A stretch of 64,000 nucleotides of DNA from a virus (Duplodnaviria > Caudoviricetes): positions 31,846 through 95,845 of IMG/VR virus record IMGVR_UViG_2881966637_000002; one strand, written 5' to 3'. Each line of letters begins with the position of its first letter. Positions within the stretch are counted from its first letter, which is position 1. Made by a program: the position numbers and the translations under genes. Shown here in pieces: positions 28,739 to 37,139 of the stretch. The notes beneath the pieces were generated by a model. That model did no database searches. It was not told the origin of the DNA and saw nothing but the letters and a program-made list of their open reading frames with translations.

Positions 28739-29344
28739 TTAGACTTCTTTTTTCACTATTGTTCGGTTGAATGAGGCTAACGCTGCTTCTCGGCTCGGAT
28801 AGTAGGCTCCGGTCCAGCTATTAGAATTTCTGGACATGTCGTAATCCCAGCCATATTCATAATTGGCTATCCGACCGCGTTTCTCGTGTTTGCACACGCT
28901 TTCATAGTTTAGGCGCAACTCGTATTTAAAGCAGGCGATTACAAAACTGACAGCCTGTATTGTCGCTACCAGTTCAGGTTCCGTAGGCGGTTCGTACCCC
29001 TGCCCCAGATGGTAATACCCAAGCCATATTTCGTGAGACGGCAGGCCGGAGTTAATTTCCTGTAAGCTGTCTGTGTCGGATTCAATCACCTCTACTTCAA
29101 CATAGGCTTGGTAATTAAACAGGCTCGCCGTATTGTGTATGTGAGGGCCGAATATTTGGGCAAACTCCCAGCCTTGTATGGACACGTATCCATCCGAATC
29201 AGCCACGCTTTTGTAAACCTCTACTGGATGGTGGAATTTTTTGGGCAGGTATTGCTCTTTGCCAGCTTTCCAAACTTCATACCCAGCCTCGGTAAGTTTC
29301 ACCCATATGGGATAGTTGAGGTTATAGGGAATTTTGGTTGTCAT
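28739..29344 (-). CDS. Hypothetical phage protein, probably two domains
   Basis: NLNYPIWVKLTEAG N-terminus; preceded by AAAACCTTATTAAAACC. Confidence 0.7.
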   Translation of the reverse strand: MTTKIPYNLNYPIWVKLTEAGYEVWKAGKEQYLPKKFHHPVEVYKSVADSDGYVSIQGWEFAQIFGPHIHNTASLFNYQAYVEVEVIESDTDSLQEINSGLPSHEIWLGYYHLGQGYEPPTEPELVATIQAVSFVIACFKYELRLNYESVCKHEKRGRIANYEYGWDYDMSRNSNSWTGAYYPSREAALASFNRTIVKKEV

Positions 29345-29359
29345 GGTTTTAATAAGGTT

Positions 29360-29884
29360 TTAAAAATATATGCGAATCTGTTTATCCAATCGGGACGGTG
29401 GCCATTTCTCAATGACCGACTGCGCGTATTTCTGATCTTTATTGATCAGGGATTTCAGCGATATGCCGGTGAAAGGGCCGAAGTTGATAATCGTTTCCAT
29501 TGTCACGATACCAGTTTTGGGCAGCAGCTTACTGTCAAGTTTTTTCAAGCCGTCAACCGTTTCGCTGACAGCTACGGGCTCCGCTTTTATTTCAGCACTT
29601 TCCCGCTTTTTCTGATCACGGATCGCGACGCGTTTAGTCACGCTTTTTTTCTTGACCTCAATCATGTAACCCTGTATGTAATCGCGTACCAAATCACTTA
29701 CTTTATAATAGGTCCAGGTTTTTAACAGGCGTTTCATCCACCATACATCACGATCTATTATATCCGCTACGGTCATACCGGCATAAGGCCCGAATAAAAC
29801 AAGACTATTCATGTCTACTTCGACATTAATATCGTCTTTATTTGCCAGCGGCTTTAGTAAATTACTTGGGGTGAGTTTGCTCAT
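29360..29884 (-). CDS. Protein with two FGP[YF]xG repeats (DUF3820 / ExoX C-terminal-like)
   Basis: LFGPYAGMTVADIIDRD and NFGPFTGISLKSLINKD. Confidence 0.6.
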   Translation of the reverse strand: MSKLTPSNLLKPLANKDDINVEVDMNSLVLFGPYAGMTVADIIDRDVWWMKRLLKTWTYYKVSDLVRDYIQGYMIEVKKKSVTKRVAIRDQKKRESAEIKAEPVAVSETVDGLKKLDSKLLPKTGIVTMETIINFGPFTGISLKSLINKDQKYAQSVIEKWPPSRLDKQIRIYF

Positions 29885-30182
29885 CTTTTCCGTAGCTTAC
29901 ATATTGCTTGTTGACCTGATATTCTCCCTTCCCTTTTTTCAGCAGCAGGCCGTTTTTTACCAGATTTTTCATGTAGTTAAACTGGCTCGCTTCTTTAAGC
30001 CCGTATAACTGCTCAACGGCCAGCCGCTTTTGCTTCGTGTTGGTCCATAAACCATCGGTCCGGTTCATGGTAGCGAGGATATAACCAAATAGCTTGGCTT
30101 CGCCAATATGATCGCATTTTGTGATCCACGAACAAGTTCCTTCCAGGATGTTCATCTTTAGCCAGTATCGTATTTTGTGCAT
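29862..30182 (-). CDS. RepL-like winged-helix protein
   Basis: YMKNLVKNGLLLKKGKGEYQVNKQYV C-terminus. Confidence 0.6.
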   Translation of the reverse strand: MHKIRYWLKMNILEGTCSWITKCDHIGEAKLFGYILATMNRTDGLWTNTKQKRLAVEQLYGLKEASQFNYMKNLVKNGLLLKKGKGEYQVNKQYVSYGKDEQTHPK

Positions 30183-30273
30183 TGTGCTGCACGATTATGC
30201 TCCACAAATATAGAGTAATCATCTAAAAAAACATATTAATACAATATATTTTTAGATAATAAGGCGAGAAATA

Positions 30274-30335
30274 GCAAACTATGTTAGAGTATTACTCTAC
30301 ACTATTTTAGACTTTTTGGCAAACTATGTTAGAGT
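30274..30335 (+). repeat. 17-bp direct repeats (iteron or operator-like) upstream of the RepL-like gene
   Basis: GCAAACTATGTTAGAGT at 30274-30290 and 30319-30335; further TAGAGT cores at 30211 and inverted at 30294. Confidence 0.8.
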
Positions 30336-30628
30336 GGAATGTTGCTATATCAGGCAGTTAGCTCATTTTGGCCCATGCCCCGAACCCTATATATCGCCTA
30401 TCTGTAACGTTTCATTTATACATGCCGCTTACGCGGACCTGCTACCCCAGTAGCTGCCCGTTTTTTGGCCGATTTACACAATTATCTTCCCGGTCTGGTG
30501 CTGGGACTACCACCACGCCCGGCCCCACACGCGGCCCCGTTTTGTCTACCCCCCCCTACCTAGTGGTGCGTGCATGGGTAAGGAATCCCTTATAAAAAAT
30601 GGTATGCTGTGCGTACACTGTCTTTTTT

Positions 30629-30994
30629 TTATGAGGTGGTGAGGATCGATACAGGCAGGAACGCACGAGGGCTAAGCCAATAGGTATGGGGTCTGGGTCC
30701 ATAGGCTACCAGCTCAGCGTATAGCAGTGATTTGATAGCAGTGGACAGGTCAGCGGGTTTCCCTCCTACGTGGTCGCGCATCTGCTTGCGTGTGAGTGTT
30801 GATAGTTTGGTGTCGGGGTCCAGTTTGGCAGCGAGTAAATACAGCATACGTAAACCGGACGCTGGCAACTGTAGTATTTTGGTCAGTGTATAATCGTCAG
30901 GCTGGTATATGGTTGCTAACCTGGTTTCTGACCCAGTGCCGAAAGGGTTCTTTTTAGAAAGTGAATATCCGTCAACATATCTCATGTTAGTCAC
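30629..30994 (-). CDS. Second RepL-like/winged-helix protein
   Basis: GLRMLYLL...LSTAIKSLLYAELVA...TYWLSPRAF. Confidence 0.55.
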   Translation of the reverse strand: MTNMRYVDGYSLSKKNPFGTGSETRLATIYQPDDYTLTKILQLPASGLRMLYLLAAKLDPDTKLSTLTRKQMRDHVGGKPADLSTAIKSLLYAELVAYGPRPHTYWLSPRAFLPVSILTTS

Positions 30995-31039
30995 AACCTG
31001 TCAGTAAGTAGCTGAGTTTGTTACGGGACGAATACGGAG

Positions 31040-31330
31040 GGACGAACGAGGTTGGGGTTGGTGGGAATGGGTGAGGGGGTGGATAGTTACCTGAGGCAAT
31101 ATCGGGGTTTACCTAATGGGTTACCTGAGGGCTAAACTAGGCTAGGGGTCTGGGCGTAGTATTGGGGTAAATCAGGGAACAATACGGGCGTAGCGTCAGG
31201 TAACTTGAGGGGTATATCAGGGAAAAGCATCGGCAGTTACCTAGGGATTAGTATCGTCAGGTAACTGAGGAAAAGTACAGGAGTTACACAGGCAGGTAGC
31301 CGGGGGTCAGTAGCAGGAAAACAGCACAGA
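31040..31330. repeat. G-skewed, apparently non-coding region with GTTACCT/AGGTAAC repeats
   Basis: GTTACCTGAGG at 31086 and 31120, GTTACCTAGG at 31236, CGTCAGGTAAC at 31194 and 31255, ATCAGGGAA at 31171 and 31216. Confidence 0.75.
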
Positions 31331-31470
31331 TAAAGCAGTAAAAATTTATCTGTTGATAGAGCACACGTCTGCGGATACCTCAACACCTGGTAGGCCAGGG
31401 CACCGGCCGACCGGTCGTATAGTTGTAGCCGTGGCTGGGACAAGGCAGGCCGTTCACTCAAATAGTCTCA

Positions 31471-31914
31471 TTAGACCAGCGCAACCATTGGGCGACTATC
31501 CTTTTTCATTTGCTCAATGTGTTCTGCCTTGTTTGCTTCATACCTCAACATAAGGGCAGGAAGTACAGATTTTGGCTGCAACCTCAGAAATAGACGATTG
31601 TACAATTCAAACCCAGCCTGTTTAAACTTATGCATCCAAATAGCTTCATAGTACTTCAGCGTCTCCGGGTTGCACTCTTGAAGCATGGTGCATGTAAAAG
31701 ATTCCTGTCCGTGCGTGTGGTAGTCACTTAGCATAAGATCAGAGAACAGTAACCCGCTTTTAGCCTGTGCCATGTGTGTGTAGAAGCGGTTCGACACGCA
31801 AGACGACGACCCAACATAAATACGCATAGTGCTTTTGCAGGTAAGCAGGTAAACCCCACAATCGGAAGGGTCTTGCAGGTAACTAGTGTAACCAGGATGA
31901 TAAGTGCCGTACAT
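31471..31914 (-). CDS. GIY-YIG family endonuclease
   Basis: GVYLLTCKSTMRIYVGSS...RF..H...E...YN. Confidence 0.85.
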   Translation of the reverse strand: MYGTYHPGYTSYLQDPSDCGVYLLTCKSTMRIYVGSSSCVSNRFYTHMAQAKSGLLFSDLMLSDYHTHGQESFTCTMLQECNPETLKYYEAIWMHKFKQAGFELYNRLFLRLQPKSVLPALMLRYEANKAEHIEQMKKDSRPMVALV

Positions 31915-31950
31915 GGTTTTAATAAGTTATTTATAATAAAACGCTATATA

Positions 31951-31984
31951 CACTTGCAGGGTTCAATTGAATTAAGTACTTTAG
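31951..31984 (+). promoter_or_regulatory. Putative promoter/operator for the small HTH gene
   Basis: CACTTGCAggGTTCAATTG followed by a TACTTTAG -7-like box; same element at 32236. Confidence 0.5.
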
Positions 31985-31988
31985 TACT

Positions 31989-32192
31989 ATGAAACCAATA
32001 ACACCCTACCAATATGCCAAGCTTTGCGGAGTCTCAGCGCAGGCCATAAACCAGCGTATTCTACGAGGTACGCTACCCGTGATAAAGCACGAGAACCCGG
32101 ACGGTTCAGTAAGCAACTATATAGATGCAGACGCGCACCCACCGGTAAAATTTGACAAGGGCAGAAAAAAAGTTGACCACCAAATCAACTGA
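31989..32192 (+). CDS. Small HTH DNA-binding protein
   Basis: TPYQYAKLCGVSAQAINQRILRG. Confidence 0.75.
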   Translation: MKPITPYQYAKLCGVSAQAINQRILRGTLPVIKHENPDGSVSNYIDADAHPPVKFDKGRKKVDHQIN

Positions 32193-32235
32193 CATTCAGC
32201 AACTTATAAAATATGTAAAAATATTTTATAACAAA

Positions 32236-32270
32236 CACTTGCATAGTTCAATTGTATATACGTACCTTTG
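32236..32270 (+). promoter_or_regulatory. Promoter of the early plus-strand operon
   Basis: TTG (32239)-21 nt-TACCTTTG (32263-70), Bacteroidota consensus. Confidence 0.75.
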
Positions 32271-32294
32271 TCACAGACATTTAAACAAAGGGAT

Positions 32295-32510
32295 ATGAAA
32301 ACGCACAGAATCACCATCGAACTCGAAGAAAACAGCACGGATTACATTGAATACACGACGTGCGGACATTCAACAGCGGTTGTAATCGAATACAGTGTTG
32401 AACAGGCGTCGGACGATAATACGGACGTAACGGAGTTTGTTAAAAATGCGGTATTGCTGGATGGGTTTGAAACGGTCCTTATCGCGGATGGTGCTAATAT
32501 CTGGGGATAA
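32295..32510 (+). CDS. Small acidic early protein
   Basis: MKTHRITIELEENS..., first gene after the promoter. Confidence 0.65.
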   Translation: MKTHRITIELEENSTDYIEYTTCGHSTAVVIEYSVEQASDDNTDVTEFVKNAVLLDGFETVLIADGANIWG

Positions 32511-32614
32511 TGAACAACGAGTTGCAACGCATAAAGCGACAATCAGAACAGGTATTGAAACTCGTCAGCATTCTAGTTATCACCCTGTTTATTTTGTGTC
32601 TGTTAACATGTTAA
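32510..32614 (+). CDS. Small membrane peptide (34 aa)
   Basis: TAATG coupling; MNNELQRIKRQSEQVLKLVSILVITLFILCLLTC. Confidence 0.55.
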   Translation: MNNELQRIKRQSEQVLKLVSILVITLFILCLLTC

Positions 32615-32646
32615 AAACCATATTTAAACCTTAAACAATTACCACT

Positions 32647-32721
32647 ATGTCCGGCTTCATTTTTTTCTGCATTTTCATTAGTTCGCTTCTTGCTGTCGCT
32701 TCAAACGGTAAGAAAAACTAA
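32647..32721 (+). CDS. Small hydrophobic peptide (24 aa)
   Basis: MSGFIFFCIFISSLLAVASNGKKN with A/C-rich leader. Confidence 0.45.
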   Translation: MSGFIFFCIFISSLLAVASNGKKN

Positions 32722-32785
32722 CCTGTTTTTTAGTCCTCACAGCGATCAAGTCAAAAACCTTATTAAAACCTTAAACTTTGCAATT

Positions 32786-33181
32786 ATGAACACAGCACCC
32801 ATGTATAAATTAGTTGCCGCGCTACATCTGACAGACGAGCAGATTAAAGCCTACGAAGAACTCCCAGACAACGGACCAAAAACCAAGCTAACCGCTGCAC
32901 AAACCCAATTTATATCGCGCCTTTATTACGATAAAGTCGAAGTGAACGGTTTCCGCATGGGATGGGGTAAGGAGCTTTACGAAGTGGAGAAAAAAGAAGG
33001 TTGGCCCAGTGGCGGACGCGTCAGCGATGCTCAGGCAAAGCGCATGGTTTTAAACGCAGTTATCCACCTCAACAAGCGGAAAGAACTAACCGCTGAACAG
33101 GCTGCAATCGAATTTAAAGATGCGTTAGAATTGCGCCCAACGTGGCAGTATATATACGCAAAAGCTTATGAACGTGTGTAG
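32786..33181 (+). CDS. Hypothetical early protein
   Basis: ATG at 32786 after the AAAAACCTTATTAAAACC leader. Confidence 0.7.
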   Translation: MNTAPMYKLVAALHLTDEQIKAYEELPDNGPKTKLTAAQTQFISRLYYDKVEVNGFRMGWGKELYEVEKKEGWPSGGRVSDAQAKRMVLNAVIHLNKRKELTAEQAAIEFKDALELRPTWQYIYAKAYERV

Positions 33182-33240
33182 CCGAAACGCCTACGGGCGT
33201 CTGCTTCAACTAGCTATTGAAGTACTGATGATGGCAAGCT
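33181..33240 (+). ncRNA. Hammerhead ribozyme, type II
   Basis: GCC GAAA CGCC-TACG-GGCG TC TGCTTCAA-CTAGCTA-TTGAAGTA CTGATGA T GGC AAGCT: intact core, three stems, GUC cleavage triplet (cut after 33201), loop I AGCT complementary to 3' AGCT. Confidence 0.92.
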
Positions 33241-33266
33241 AAAAACCTTATTAAAACTATATAGCC

Positions 33267-33569
33267 ATGAAAACCATAATCGCACAAGTTCGGGTACGCA
33301 AACAAGACAGAAACGGCAACACATACCACGACGTTTCTTTAATCGACGTAGACACAGAAAAACAAATAGCTGACGTAGTGAAGCGATACGGCTACGGCGA
33401 CCAGTACAAAACAACAACCTGTGAGCTGATAAAAAAGACACTGCCGGAAATAGCTGAAGCGGTCAAGCCATTTGAAACTGATCCCAAGACGTTAGACAAT
33501 TGGCGGGTAGAAAGTGAGGTTAAACAGGCCGGCATCCTTAAAATTATCTACATAGTCAATCACTTCTAA
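33267..33569 (+). CDS. Hypothetical early protein
   Basis: DRNGNTYH...YGYGDQY motif; conserved leader. Confidence 0.7.
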   Translation: MKTIIAQVRVRKQDRNGNTYHDVSLIDVDTEKQIADVVKRYGYGDQYKTTTCELIKKTLPEIAEAVKPFETDPKTLDNWRVESEVKQAGILKIIYIVNHF

Positions 33570-33668
33570 CAAAGTTGGGCCTCGGCCCTACTCTAACGCG
33601 CCAACGGTCATTCCTCAGTGTGACGAGCAAAAAGCGGAAGGGGACAACCAAAAAACCTTATAAAAACC

Positions 33669-33899
33669 ATGAAACGCAATTTCACCCGCACAGTTACCGC
33701 TGTAACCAGCATACAGCAAAATTACCCCAACTTAATCAAATCGGTTAGCTGGATCGCCAGCATTACCCCTACCCAGGCCGCGCTGGTCATTTGGGCCACT
33801 AAGAACGGGATCAGTGCGCCCATCGGTTCAGATCGGGTCAAGCTGTTCGGGGATAACCGGACATTGGTTTCTCAGGCCGTCAGATACCGGAATGCATGA
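33669..33899 (+). CDS. Hypothetical early protein
   Basis: Conserved leader AAAAACCTTATAAAAACCATG. Confidence 0.7.
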   Translation: MKRNFTRTVTAVTSIQQNYPNLIKSVSWIASITPTQAALVIWATKNGISAPIGSDRVKLFGDNRTLVSQAVRYRNA

Positions 33900-34189
33900 A
33901 CGTTGTCCGGGCCTCCACCAAATTCGAGCCAGTGTTAACCGGGTATTTAGCACTGGTGCAACGTGACGAAACAGAGCGGGCCGGCCTAATCCGGCTCGCG
34001 GTACTGACCTACGGCTATCTGGTTCCGATGGGCACGACCTTCACCCTGGATTATCTGGGCGAACTAATCCGCCAATTCTACGACCAATCGGATGAGCGAA
34101 ACCGCTTACTGGCGGATCTATGCACGATCAACGCGGACACGTACAAACCAATCCGCCGAACCTACGACGGCGGCTTTAATCAGATCTAA
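33896..34189 (+). CDS. Hypothetical early protein
   Basis: ATGA coupling. Confidence 0.65.
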   Translation: MNVVRASTKFEPVLTGYLALVQRDETERAGLIRLAVLTYGYLVPMGTTFTLDYLGELIRQFYDQSDERNRLLADLCTINADTYKPIRRTYDGGFNQI

Positions 34190-34190
34190 T

Positions 34191-34430
34191 ATGTACTCCC
34201 ATACCCTAGCCACGTTGCGAGCCAGTATTTACAAACTGCTCGTGTCGTTCTGCGAGCTCGATTATGACCTGTTCGAGTTCGTAACGGTTGAAACGGTCGC
34301 CCTTTTTGAATCGTACAACTTTGATATACCCGTCGAATGGGTAACTAAAACCGAACGTTATGAGAATCCGGTATGTGTCGAAACAACAGGGACAAACCCT
34401 GAAGCTGTCAACGTTTCCGTCGTTTGCTAA
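34191..34430 (+). CDS. Hypothetical early protein
   Basis: ATG (MYSHTL) just after the upstream stop. Confidence 0.6.
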   Translation: MYSHTLATLRASIYKLLVSFCELDYDLFEFVTVETVALFESYNFDIPVEWVTKTERYENPVCVETTGTNPEAVNVSVVC

Positions 34431-34541
34431 AAACGATAAGTCCAGCCGGGCGATGGCCGGCCCTGCCTCCTTACTGGTTTCGTGTGGAGGCACGATCTAC
34501 AACGTAAGTTCTAACCCAGACATTTACAACCAGGCGAAATA

Positions 34542-34793
34542 ATGGCAAACATGCCCCACACACCAAGCAAAAACCGACGAACGGTTACTAAACGAATCGT
34601 TCGTTTTTTGGAGAAAGAATACGCTACCAATAAAGTCGTAAAACTTGACGACAACACAATTGGAACCGGGCACTTATTAGCAGCAAGGGCTACTTGTCTG
34701 GGCTTTTCAATTATGCACCTTCCGGGCTCGGATAACAGGGCTTACTGGTGTTTTTATACACAGCCACTGGAACGGTGCCGAGTTATTCATTAA
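34542..34793 (+). CDS. Hypothetical early protein
   Basis: Co-oriented 83 aa ORF. Confidence 0.55.
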   Translation: MANMPHTPSKNRRTVTKRIVRFLEKEYATNKVVKLDDNTIGTGHLLAARATCLGFSIMHLPGSDNRAYWCFYTQPLERCRVIH

Positions 34794-34811
34794 ACGAGCC
34801 CTAACGCAGAC

Positions 34812-35087
34812 ATGAAAGAACACTTTGAAAAACTATCAGCATCGTACTACCACGCCTTTTTTATCATTGTACCGACACAAACGGCGGTCGTGATTCACCG
34901 CGAGCCGGGAGCCTGGTTCGCGGTTGAATACGCAACGATTACCGATGCTATGCTAGACCGGAATCCACTGACCACGAACAACGTGGTAGAGCTGACCCCC
35001 GACAGTCTAACGGTTACCCTGGTTCACTTTGGCAAACCGTCAACAGCAGTCGTATTGCTGCGCGACCTAAAACGAGTCTATCAATGA
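34812..35087 (+). CDS. Hypothetical early protein
   Basis: Co-oriented 91 aa ORF. Confidence 0.6.
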   Translation: MKEHFEKLSASYYHAFFIIVPTQTAVVIHREPGAWFAVEYATITDAMLDRNPLTTNNVVELTPDSLTVTLVHFGKPSTAVVLLRDLKRVYQ

Positions 35088-35209
35088 GACGCGGCCGGAC
35101 AGTTCTGGTACTGCTACTAAGTGTAGTGTTGCTCCTATGCGTAACGTTCGCGTACGGTTTTCACCGTCTGTTCATGAAGTATGTCGTGCCTTATTTACTC
35201 AATCTCTGA
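35084..35209 (+). CDS. Small membrane peptide (41 aa)
   Basis: ATGA coupling; MRRGRTVLVLLLSVVLLLCVTFAYGF... Confidence 0.55.
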   Translation: MRRGRTVLVLLLSVVLLLCVTFAYGFHRLFMKYVVPYLLNL

Positions 35210-35211
35210 TC

Positions 35212-35472
35212 ATGAAGCAGCGATTCTCAGGACCATCGGCTGGTGAACAGGCCGACAAAATGGCCCGATACGGAAACAGCGATTGGCTATTGTACACGGA
35301 CCGGTCGGGCGTCCGTATAGCGACCAGGCTAACAAAAGCAAACCTAAAAACCTGCTTATTGTGTATTGGCACAAAGGGTCGTTTTTCTCACATTTTAGCC
35401 GGTAACGCCCACCACATGCGTTTAGGCTGGCGTACAGGCATAAACCTTCTATCTCAACTCAATCATGGCTAA
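35212..35472 (+). CDS. Hypothetical early protein
   Basis: MKQRFSGP start just after the upstream stop. Confidence 0.6.
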   Translation: MKQRFSGPSAGEQADKMARYGNSDWLLYTDRSGVRIATRLTKANLKTCLLCIGTKGRFSHILAGNAHHMRLGWRTGINLLSQLNHG

Positions 35473-35620
35473 GAAACCAACACCCAAACAACAAGCTGCA
35501 AAGGAACTAATAGCCCAGGGCGCAACGATAAAGCCCTACAGCCGACAGGGCCATAAGGGATGGCAAGACACACCGCTTTTTCTGGCTGCGGCCGAGGACA
35601 AACAAACGAAGCTTTTTTGA
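35465..35620 (+). CDS. Small basic protein (51 aa)
   Basis: MAKKPTPKQQAAKELIAQG...QTKLF; overlaps the upstream stop. Confidence 0.55.
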   Translation: MAKKPTPKQQAAKELIAQGATIKPYSRQGHKGWQDTPLFLAAAEDKQTKLF

Positions 35621-35652
35621 TTCTCTAACAAGGTTTATTACGTATTAAAAAC

Positions 35653-35955
35653 ATGGCTAAGAAAACAAAACAGCCGGTCCTGGTCGTAACAGGGCCGGCC
35701 TCAGCCGCTTTCGTTATTGAAGGCACAAAGGGGAAAGACGTCGAGACGTACGCCACGATCTACGCGGGCCGCGACGATCACCCTGCGGGTAAAACCAGGC
35801 AGAACATGCTGGATCACGCCTACAAAACGCTTGACCAATGGCGGTTCCTAAAGCCGGACATTGAGTTCGCGCTGATTTTGTCAAATCCTAACAATGATTA
35901 TGACATGATGGACCTGGACCTGCGGGGGCGTGATACAGAAATCGTAACGGAATAA
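35653..35955 (+). CDS. Hypothetical early protein
   Basis: Leader TATTAAAAACATG. Confidence 0.65.
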   Translation: MAKKTKQPVLVVTGPASAAFVIEGTKGKDVETYATIYAGRDDHPAGKTRQNMLDHAYKTLDQWRFLKPDIEFALILSNPNNDYDMMDLDLRGRDTEIVTE

Positions 35956-36245
35956 TGGAGAACACGTATTATTCCCCAGCGGAGAAAACGCTGTTCTGGG
36001 TCGCTGGCTATACCGGCGATCTGAACACGATCCAGGTCAGCGAGCAGGTTAAGTACCTGGTTACCCACGGTACAACATTCGCGGAATATGCGAACGTGGA
36101 TATGGGCGAGGTACGAACCGACGTAGTACGGGTATCGCGACGATACAAGAACATGCGGGTTTTCTGGACCGTTACCGAGACACCGCCCGCCGACGCCTTC
36201 GAGATTACCAATAACTGGACCATGTGGAACTGGCTAACCGATTAA
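35955..36245 (+). CDS. Hypothetical early protein
   Basis: TAATG coupling. Confidence 0.65.
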   Translation: MENTYYSPAEKTLFWVAGYTGDLNTIQVSEQVKYLVTHGTTFAEYANVDMGEVRTDVVRVSRRYKNMRVFWTVTETPPADAFEITNNWTMWNWLTD

Positions 36246-36508
36246 ACCTTACACACTATGAACAACATTGCACGGGAGATTGCGCTTACCCTGGCCATTT
36301 TATCAACATCGACGCAGCAACGCGCCCTGGTTCGTCGGGAGCTGAACGAAACCCCTAAACCGACCGAAGAACAAATTCAGGAAAAGCTCAATACGGCCAA
36401 AGGGTTGAAGAAGTTTTGTATCAATGGCAAAACGGTGTGGGCGCGTGACGAAAAGAACGCGATCCGTAAGGCTAAACGATGAACGAGTTTGGAACTGGCT
36501 AACCGATT
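36225..36508 (+). repeat. 19-bp direct repeat flanking gene 36258..36482
   Basis: TGGAACTGGCTAACCGATT at 36225-36243 and 36490-36508. Confidence 0.85.
36258..36482 (+). CDS. Small basic hypothetical protein
   Basis: GLKKF.INGKTVWARDEKNAIRKA. Confidence 0.65.
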   Translation: MNNIAREIALTLAILSTSTQQRALVRRELNETPKPTEEQIQEKLNTAKGLKKFCINGKTVWARDEKNAIRKAKR

Positions 36509-36513
36509 GAATC

Positions 36514-36855
36514 ATGACAGACCTGCAACTACTTGATAAATACTGTGAAGAATGTCTTGACTTCATCAGCCCCGTCCTGCTACGTGACATCGAAAGCCGT
36601 GGTCTATACTCGTATATACTGAGGCTGCCTAACAATGTGGCGCAGGCAAAAGCCGTGATTCGGGGTCGGCTGGGGAAGGATGGCCGGTATGTTGGCGATC
36701 CTGAAATTGAAGAAATAGCGGACATGGTTTGCCGACTGGAAAGTTTGCGGGCGTCGCTCAACAGGTTGAACATGGCTGATACTGACCAGACAGCCCCTGT
36801 TCTGAAAGAAATGCAGCACTTGACCGATTGGCTTAGCAACTACTACAACAAATGA
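36514..36855 (+). CDS. Hypothetical early protein
   Basis: 113 aa co-oriented ORF. Confidence 0.6.
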   Translation: MTDLQLLDKYCEECLDFISPVLLRDIESRGLYSYILRLPNNVAQAKAVIRGRLGKDGRYVGDPEIEEIADMVCRLESLRASLNRLNMADTDQTAPVLKEMQHLTDWLSNYYNK

Positions 36856-37139
36856 TGAAAAAGACAGCAATACCCGACGAACACGACATCCTGCTTTACG
36901 AAGTGGGATTATTCACGGTTCGACCCGGCAAACGAGGCTACGAGGTCTGTAAAGAAGGGCTGACCCATGCTGTTGTCGTGGCCTGGATTGGCTACACGGG
37001 ACCGATTGGTTTAGAGAAAGCGATCAATGAAGCAAACCGGAGGAACAGCCTTGAACCTTACAAACACACATCCAATGATAACACACACCGAAAGACAGAC
37101 ATGGTACAGCCTCGTGGCCAGGAAGCAACTGCTGGGTAA
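36852..37139 (+). CDS. Hypothetical early protein
   Basis: ATGA coupling. Confidence 0.55.
   Translation: MMKKTAIPDEHDILLYEVGLFTVRPGKRGYEVCKEGLTHAVVVAWIGYTGPIGLEKAINEANRRNSLEPYKHTSNDNTHRKTDMVQPRGQEATAG

Noticed and set aside
31080-31275. CRISPR array
   Set aside because: Repeats are short, degenerate, in mixed orientation and irregularly spaced; no cas operon
34445-34495. HDV-like ribozyme (GGCCGGC...GCCTCCT resemblance)
   Set aside because: P1 and P3 partners are missing; only a TGCCTCC/GGAGGCA hairpin forms
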